Shown here in pieces: positions 26,354-32,000 of a stretch of DNA of 32,000 nt. A program made the position numbers and the translations under genes. How positions within the stretch are numbered: the first letter of the stretch is position 1; each line of letters opens with the position of its first letter. The notes beneath the pieces were generated by a model. It saw only the letters and a list, made by a program, of their open reading frames with translations. It ran no database searches and was not told the DNA's origin. The stretch is taken from the NCBI RefSeq assembly GCF_002803295.2, contig NZ_PGGB02000005.1:30059-62058 (forward strand). Direction: 5' to 3'. The stretch is from Caedibacter taeniospiralis (GTDB lineage Bacteria > Pseudomonadota > Gammaproteobacteria > Francisellales > Francisellaceae).

Positions 26354-27160
26354 ATGTCATTAAGTTATCAGCACATTTATCACGCGGGCAACCTTGCCGA
26401 TGTGCATAAGCATTTATGGCTGATTGCTATTGTGGATTATCTAGGGAAAAAAGAGAAACCGTTTTTCTGGTTGGATACACATGCAGGGCGTGGAGTTTAT
26501 GATTTAAATAGCATAGAGGCGCGAAAGACCAAAGAGGCGATAAATGGCATTGGCAGACTACTTGGTACCATGAGCGTCAGTAATGATCCGCTGCTCATTC
26601 AATACAAGGGTTTGATTGATGGTTTAAATGAACATGGTCTTCAGTTTTATCCTGGCTCATGCCGCCTAGCGGCAAGTCTGTTAAGAGAATCTGACAGGAT
26701 GTGCGCGCTGGAGTTGCATCCTCAGGAAGTTGAATACCTCAAAGTTGCTATGCGTGGATTGAAACAGGTGGCAGTAAAGCATGGTGATATGTTAAAATTA
26801 TGGTCGTCATTTTTGCCGCCAAAAGAGCGTCGAGGTGGCATGTTGATAGACCCAAGTTTTGAGATTAAAACTGAGTATGAGATTCAGGCAAAGCTCTTGA
26901 TAGAAGCAACAAAAAAATGGTCAACAGGTGTTTATATGCTCTGGTATCCGCTATTGCCTCAAAGGCGGCATGAGGAGTTGAAGAATATCCTACTCAATGC
27001 GCAACTGAATATGCAGATAGATGAATGGCAATTTCAACATCCTGCTCAGGCAGTGGGTATGTACGGCTCGGGGATGGTTATCGTTAATCCGCCGTATACT
27101 GTTTACGAAAAAGTGCGTAATGCAATACGCGAGCTTGAGAGTGGTTACAATCCTAATTGA
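26354..27160 (+). CDS. rlmJ: 23S rRNA (adenine-N6)-methyltransferase RlmJ family
   Basis: LSYQHIYHAGNLADVHKHLWL, FFWLDTHAGRGVYDL, GGMLIDPSFEIKTEY, MVIVNPPYTVYE. Confidence 0.88.
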   Translation: MSLSYQHIYHAGNLADVHKHLWLIAIVDYLGKKEKPFFWLDTHAGRGVYDLNSIEARKTKEAINGIGRLLGTMSVSNDPLLIQYKGLIDGLNEHGLQFYPGSCRLAASLLRESDRMCALELHPQEVEYLKVAMRGLKQVAVKHGDMLKLWSSFLPPKERRGGMLIDPSFEIKTEYEIQAKLLIEATKKWSTGVYMLWYPLLPQRRHEELKNILLNAQLNMQIDEWQFQHPAQAVGMYGSGMVIVNPPYTVYEKVRNAIRELESGYNPN

Positions 27161-27233
27161 AGTGGACGAAAAGAGGCTCGCTAATTTTTAAGTCAAACCC
27201 AAGAAAACTCTGGTTCATGTCACAAAAATACGT

Positions 27234-27239
27234 TAGAAT
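27234..27239 (+). promoter_or_regulatory. Possible -10 box upstream of rpsP
   Basis: TAGAAT about 80 nt before the rpsP ATG; -35 region is weak. Confidence 0.3.
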
Positions 27240-27318
27240 GCACGCGTTTTTGTCCTTTGACAAGGTCGAAAGGCAAATTCTAGAGCAACAATAACTAAAT
27301 AGAATCTGGAGAAGTATT

Positions 27319-27579
27319 ATGGTCGTAATTCGTATGGCTAGAGGTGGCGCTAAGAAACGTCCTTTTTATAGAATCGTTGTGACTGACAGCCGCGCTGCGC
27401 GTGATGGTCGTCATCTTGAGCGTGTTGGTTTCTTTAATCCCTTAGCCAAAGAACATGAAGAGAAAGTACGCGTTGATCTTGCGCGCGTTGATTACTGGGT
27501 TGGCACTGGAGCGAAAATGTCTGATCGTGTGACTTATTTAGTCAAAGAAGCACGTAAAGCAGCACTGCCACAAGCTTAA
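27319..27579 (+). CDS. rpsP: 30S ribosomal protein S16
   Basis: [41 protein letters not shown]. Confidence 0.98.
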   Translation: MVVIRMARGGAKKRPFYRIVVTDSRAARDGRHLERVGFFNPLAKEHEEKVRVDLARVDYWVGTGAKMSDRVTYLVKEARKAALPQA

Positions 27580-27587
27580 TTCAGGTC

Positions 27588-27647
27588 TAAGCACTTAAGT
27601 GCTTAACGCTTAAAACGCCAATCTACGCTCGTCGAGATTGGCGTTTT
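27588..27647. repeat. Stacked palindromes after rpsP, one of them terminator- or attenuator-like
   Basis: TAAGCACTTAAGTGCTTA (27588-27605, perfect) followed by AAAACGCCAATCT...AGATTGGCGTTTT (27612-27624 / 27635-27647, perfect 13-bp arms). Confidence 0.75.
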
Positions 27648-27696
27648 CGTTTGGTGGGCTTAAATAATAGGGGTTGGACTATCTTTCTGCCCACAA

Positions 27697-27715
27697 GGGC
27701 GTATTCAATACGCCC
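27697..27715. repeat. Short palindromic repeat upstream of rimM
   Basis: GGGCGTATTCAATACGCCC, 9-bp arms around a central base, followed by CTACG. Confidence 0.6.
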
Positions 27716-27777
27716 CTACGATTGTTCAAATGAAAAATGGGCTGAAATTCTGTCAAAGCCTAAATATAGAAGGTTTT

Positions 27778-28302
27778 ATGATGCCACAACAGACTAATGA
27801 CAATATGATCGTAATCGCTAAGGTTGGAGCTCCTTACCGCTTAAAGGGTGAGCTGAAGCTTCACGTTTTAAGTGACTCAATTGAAACAGCGCTGGCTTAT
27901 GGGCAATGGTTTATCAAAAAAGCAAACGATCGAACCTGGCAGCCATTGAAGGGAGAAACGGTCAGTAGAGTTGGTGATAAATTGATTATTCAATTTACAG
28001 ATGCAAACGTGAAAGAAATTGCTGCTAAATACACCAATGCGTTAATTGCGGTACCTCGTTCGGTGTTAAAAGAGACAGCTGAAGATGAGTACTATTGGGT
28101 GGATCTAATTGGTATGCAAGTGATCAACCATGAAGGGCAGACATTTGGTCAGGTGGTTGACATTTTAGAAACAGGGGCTAATGAAGTTTTATGCTGCAAG
28201 CATCAGGATAAAACTTATTTGATTCCCTTTATCAATGAGTATGTCCATGAGGTTAATCGGGGTAGTAAAGTCATTACCGTTGATTGGCAGTATGATTATT
28301 AA
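27778..28302 (+). CDS. rimM: 16S rRNA processing protein RimM
   Basis: VIAKVGAPYRLKGELKLHVLSD, YYWVDLIGMQVINHEGQTFGQV, LIPFINEYVHEVNRGSKVITVDWQ; start placed after an AGAAGG site at ATG 27778 rather than 27730. Confidence 0.94.
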   Translation: MMPQQTNDNMIVIAKVGAPYRLKGELKLHVLSDSIETALAYGQWFIKKANDRTWQPLKGETVSRVGDKLIIQFTDANVKEIAAKYTNALIAVPRSVLKETAEDEYYWVDLIGMQVINHEGQTFGQVVDILETGANEVLCCKHQDKTYLIPFINEYVHEVNRGSKVITVDWQYDY

Positions 28303-28316
28303 AGCTTGGGTTTAAG

Positions 28317-29108
28317 ATGGATTTTGCTGCCATTACCATTTTCCCAGAAATGTTCGCTGCCATTTCGCAGTTTGGCGTTTCCGCGCGGGCATTTAATCTG
28401 GGCAAGGCGAGCCTCCATACTATTAATCCCAGGCAGTTTGCAACGAATCACTATCAAACGATAGATGATCGACCTTTTGGTGGGGGACCTGGGATGGTAA
28501 TGATGTATGAGCCGTTGCAAAAAGCCATTTTTGCAGCCAAAAAAAGATTGAATAAGCCCGCTAAAGTTATATACTTGTCGCCGCAAGGAAAACCGTTGAC
28601 GCAAAAGCGTGTTAAAGAGTTTGCTTGCGAAGATGCTTTAATCTTGCTTTGTGGTCGTTATGAAGGTATCGATGAGCGCTTGATTGAACGTCATGTTGAT
28701 GAAGAAGTTTCAGTTGGTGATTATGTTTTAAGTGGCGGTGAATTACCTGCCATGACTTTGATTGATAGCATTGTGCGGCTGTTGCCAGGTGTGCTAAACG
28801 ATCAGAATTCAGCTGTTGAAGATTCTTTTTACGATGGTTTACTGGATTGCCCACATTACACAAGACCTGCGACGCATATCGAAGCAGGTGATGTGCCAGT
28901 GGTGCTTTTATCTGGAGATCATCAGAACATTCAGCAGTGGCGACATCAAGAAAAGCTTAAACGTACTTTTTTACGACGTAAAGAATTGATTGAGTGCCTA
29001 TGTCTATCGAATGAAGATAAACAATACATTGCGCAGCTTGCGCAACAGAAAAAACAACAAATCGTGATAGAGAATGCACAATTAGGAGAAAAGAAGAATG
29101 AAAAGTAA
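28317..29108 (+). CDS. trmD: tRNA (guanine-N1)-methyltransferase
   Basis: [76 protein letters not shown]. Confidence 0.98.
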   Translation: MDFAAITIFPEMFAAISQFGVSARAFNLGKASLHTINPRQFATNHYQTIDDRPFGGGPGMVMMYEPLQKAIFAAKKRLNKPAKVIYLSPQGKPLTQKRVKEFACEDALILLCGRYEGIDERLIERHVDEEVSVGDYVLSGGELPAMTLIDSIVRLLPGVLNDQNSAVEDSFYDGLLDCPHYTRPATHIEAGDVPVVLLSGDHQNIQQWRHQEKLKRTFLRRKELIECLCLSNEDKQYIAQLAQQKKQQIVIENAQLGEKKNEK

Positions 29109-29445
29109 ATACTTGGAATTAGTTGAAAAAACGCAGTTACGCACTGATTTACCCGTTATTTACCCTGGTGACTCAGTCACTGTAAATGTATGGGTGAAAG
29201 AGGGCGATAAAGCGCGTATTCAGGCGTTTAAAGGTTTTGTGCTTGCGATTAAAAATCGTGGCATTAACTCAGCCTTTACCGTGCGTAAAATGTCATCAGG
29301 TGAAGGTGTTGAACGCACTTTCCAAACGCACAGCCCAATTATCGATAGCGTCGTTGTAGAAAGGCGTGCTAAGGTGCGTCGTGCCAAGCTTTACTACATG
29401 CGTGGACTTACTGGTAAAGCTGCAAGAATCAAAGAAAAAGTATAA
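29098..29445 (+). CDS. rplS: 50S ribosomal protein L19
   Basis: [23 protein letters not shown] core, [60 protein letters not shown]. Confidence 0.98.
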   Translation: MKSKYLELVEKTQLRTDLPVIYPGDSVTVNVWVKEGDKARIQAFKGFVLAIKNRGINSAFTVRKMSSGEGVERTFQTHSPIIDSVVVERRAKVRRAKLYYMRGLTGKAARIKEKV

Positions 29446-29452
29446 TTTTAGG

Positions 29453-29475
29453 GGCTGGTATTGCCAGCCTTTTTT
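29453..29475 (+). terminator. Rho-independent terminator after rplS
   Basis: GGCTGG-TATTG-CCAGCC followed by TTTTTT. Confidence 0.8.
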
Positions 29476-29613
29476 GTTTTAATCCTTAGGGATGCGGTTA
29501 TCCAAAATACATTCAGCTTGCTTGGTACTTTACTGAATATGGGGGTGATAAAGTAGTTTTGAACAGTGCAAACTGTTATACTTTCCCTCTCTTGAATTTC
29601 TTGGTTGAATAGC

Positions 29614-31209
29614 ATGAAAAAACTTCCCATTGGTATTTCTGGTTTAGAGAAAATTATCACCGGCAATTACGTTTATGTCGATAAAACTAGACATATTGCT
29701 GAGCTTGCTCACGGTGGAGGAGGGTATTATTTTCTCTCTCGACCACGACGCTTTGGCAAATCCCTTTTGATCGATACGATTAAACAAGCGTTTCTAGGCA
29801 ATAAAGATCTGTTTAATGGCTTGTACCTGGAAAATAACTGGGACTGGGATGTGAGCTATCCTGTGCTGCATTTCACCTTTGGTGAGGGCAATGCCGCTGA
29901 CCCTGAAGCACTAGATGCAAAAATCACCAAATTTTTGGATGCTTATTATGAAAGCTATCAGATTCAAAATATCTACGATGAAATCAGTAGTCGCTTTGCT
30001 TATTTGATCGAACAACTTGCTCGTAAAAGTAATAAGGTCGTGATTTTAGTCGATGAGTATGACAAACCCATTTTAGACAATGTTGACAACACCGAGATTG
30101 CCAAGGCAATGCGCGGGCGTCTTAGAAATTTTTATAGCGTGATTAAATCCCAGGATGTGAATGTAAAATTTGCGATGCTCACAGGTGTGTCAAGATTTAG
30201 TAAAATCAGTATTTTTAGTGAATTGAATAATTTAAAAGATATTACGCTGGATAAACGCTATGCGGATATTTGCGGCTATAACCAGAGTGAGCTAGAGCAT
30301 TCATTTAACGCTTATTTGACTGAAGGACAAGTTGATCTTAAGCAACTTAAAAAATGGTATAACGGCTACAACTTCACAGGCATAGAAAGCCAAAAGGTCT
30401 ATAACCCATTTGATATTTTGTTATTTATCGATGGCGATTATCAGTACCAGTCCTATTGGTTTGAAACGGCGACACCGACTTTTTTGGTCAAAATGATCGA
30501 AAAGAGTCGTTATTTTATCCCAGATCTTGAAGATATTGTTGTCGGTGAGGAGATCTTAAAAACTTTTGATATTGAAACCATGCCGATTGAAACCTTACTG
30601 TTTCAGACAGGCTATTTAACGATTAAAGAAATCACGAGCCGTGGTCAGACAATAGCCTATCGCTTAAGCTACCCTAATTATGAAGTCAAATACAGTCTAA
30701 ATAATGCATTAGCGGTTATCGCTTCTAATCAAAGCGTTAAAAACATGCTGATTGATCGCATGCTTAATGTATTGGAAGGGGATGATTTTAAGCGTCTTGA
30801 GCTGCTGCTAAGTAGCCACTTCGCCTCCATTCCACATGACTGGTATCGCAATAATCAAATTGACCAGTACGAAGGGTTTTATGCGAGCGTTGTGTATAGT
30901 TTTCTAACTGCTTTGGGATACGACACGATTCCTGAGGATGTGACCAATCACGGTAAGATTGATTTGACGATTATAATGCACGATAAGATCGTGATTATCG
31001 AATTTAAACTCGCTAAGTTGGGGGATGCTAAAAGTGCTATTCAGCAGATTAAAGACAAAAAATATGCGGAAAAATATCTCAGTATCAATAAGCCTATTTA
31101 TCTCATCGGTATGAGTTTTGATCCGATTGAACGCAATGTTATGGGTCTTGCGGTTGAGCACTTTATAGCTAAAAATACAATGAAATATAAGGATTGTGAT
31201 GGAAGTTAA
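29614..31209 (+). CDS. AAA-ATPase-like / PD-(D/E)XK nuclease superfamily protein
   Basis: PIGISGLEKIITGNYVYVDKT, FLSRPRRFGKSLLIDTIK, VVILVDEYDKPILDN, C-terminal nuclease-like GKIDLTIIMHDKIVIIEFKL; architecture known as AAA-ATPase_like + PDDEXK_9. Start at ATG 29614 rather than TTG 29605. Confidence 0.88.
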   Translation: MKKLPIGISGLEKIITGNYVYVDKTRHIAELAHGGGGYYFLSRPRRFGKSLLIDTIKQAFLGNKDLFNGLYLENNWDWDVSYPVLHFTFGEGNAADPEALDAKITKFLDAYYESYQIQNIYDEISSRFAYLIEQLARKSNKVVILVDEYDKPILDNVDNTEIAKAMRGRLRNFYSVIKSQDVNVKFAMLTGVSRFSKISIFSELNNLKDITLDKRYADICGYNQSELEHSFNAYLTEGQVDLKQLKKWYNGYNFTGIESQKVYNPFDILLFIDGDYQYQSYWFETATPTFLVKMIEKSRYFIPDLEDIVVGEEILKTFDIETMPIETLLFQTGYLTIKEITSRGQTIAYRLSYPNYEVKYSLNNALAVIASNQSVKNMLIDRMLNVLEGDDFKRLELLLSSHFASIPHDWYRNNQIDQYEGFYASVVYSFLTALGYDTIPEDVTNHGKIDLTIIMHDKIVIIEFKLAKLGDAKSAIQQIKDKKYAEKYLSINKPIYLIGMSFDPIERNVMGLAVEHFIAKNTMKYKDCDGS

Positions 31210-31256
31210 GCGAGGTGGTTTAACCCGAATGAAAGTTGCTGGGTTTAAGTCAATAA

Positions 31257-32000
31257 ATGTCTAATTTTTGTGAAATTATTGACCAGTTTATTGATGATAT
31301 TTGGCTTTCCGAAGGCTTAAGCCAAAATACTTTGTCCGCCTATAAAACGGATTTAAATCATTTGGCAAAAGCCTATCCAAAGAGAGATTTAGTCAAGCTT
31401 TCCTTGCAGGATTTACAAACCTTCCTGACCAGGCGCTTAAGCTTGGGATTAAGTGCGCGCTCTAATGCGCGTATGATTTCAACGCTACATAAGTTTTATC
31501 AGTGGTGTTATGCACAAGAGAAAATCAGCATAGATCCAACACAAAAATTGACTCTGCCAAAATTACCTAAATATTTGCCTCAGGATTTATCTGAGGAGGA
31601 CGTCGAAAAACTGCTTGCCGCACCAGATTTAAATAGTGACCTTGGCATAAGGGACAAAGCGTTATTGGAGCTTATCTATGCAACAGGTTTACGTGTCAGC
31701 GAACTTGTCGGTTTAACTTTGGATGATGTTAATCTGCGCCAAGGGGTGGTGCGTGTGATGGGAAAAGGTTCAAAAGAGCGCCTGGTGCCAACGGGTGAAT
31801 ATGCCCTAGATTATTTAAACAAATATATCAACGAAGTGCGTGAAGAATGGTTGCAAGGGTTGAAGCTTGATAAGCTGTTTGTGTCACATCATCGAAAAGG
31901 TATTACTCGACAAACCTTTTGGCATAGAATCAAGTATTATGCTGAACTGGCAGGGATCAATAAAGAGATTTCGCCACACACCTTGCGTCATGCCTTTGCG
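31257..32000 (+). CDS. xerD: Site-specific tyrosine recombinase XerD, 5' part (continues past right edge)
   Basis: FIDDIWLSEGLSQNTLSAYKTDLNHLA, LLELIYATGLRVSELVGLTLDDVNLRQGVVRVMGKGSKERLVPTG, SPHTLRHAFA at the edge. Not in ORF track because no stop is reached. Confidence 0.93.
   Translation, partial: MSNFCEIIDQFIDDIWLSEGLSQNTLSAYKTDLNHLAKAYPKRDLVKLSLQDLQTFLTRRLSLGLSARSNARMISTLHKFYQWCYAQEKISIDPTQKLTLPKLPKYLPQDLSEEDVEKLLAAPDLNSDLGIRDKALLELIYATGLRVSELVGLTLDDVNLRQGVVRVMGKGSKERLVPTGEYALDYLNKYINEVREEWLQGLKLDKLFVSHHRKGITRQTFWHRIKYYAELAGINKEISPHTLRHAFA

Overview
The window looks like a chromosomal segment from a gammaproteobacterium (inferred from gene content and synteny). From left to right it holds: (1) pta (5' part, minus strand, running off the left edge) and ackA; (2) a divergent cluster of about 12 kb on the plus strand encoding a four-subunit cytosolic NAD(P)-linked [NiFe]-hydrogenase of the sulfhydrogenase/group 3b type (HydB-HydG-HydD-HydA order), with hypA, hypB, hypF, hypC, hypD, hypE and a HoxN/NixA-type nickel permease; (3) yciI-like and clcA-like genes; (4) dnaB, rdgC, bamD (minus) and rluD (plus); (5) a poorly characterised region with a TTG/ATG-start secreted ORF, a tiny lipoprotein with a seven-Gly tract, and a 739-aa exported protein; (6) rlmJ, the rpsP-rimM-trmD-rplS operon, a fused AAA-ATPase/PD-(D/E)XK gene, and xerD truncated by the right edge. 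The most interesting signal is a family of about 190-275 bp non-coding, MITE/REP-like elements with five full-size copies plus one apparent remnant. All share a terminal motif CTTTTGCTG...ACTACCCCG in inverted orientation and internal perfect palindromes. They sit immediately after stop codons and at the junctions between translationally coupled gene blocks of the hydrogenase operon. One copy has become the 3' end of hypF and encodes its last ~35 codons. No CRISPR array, rRNA or tRNA was recognised.
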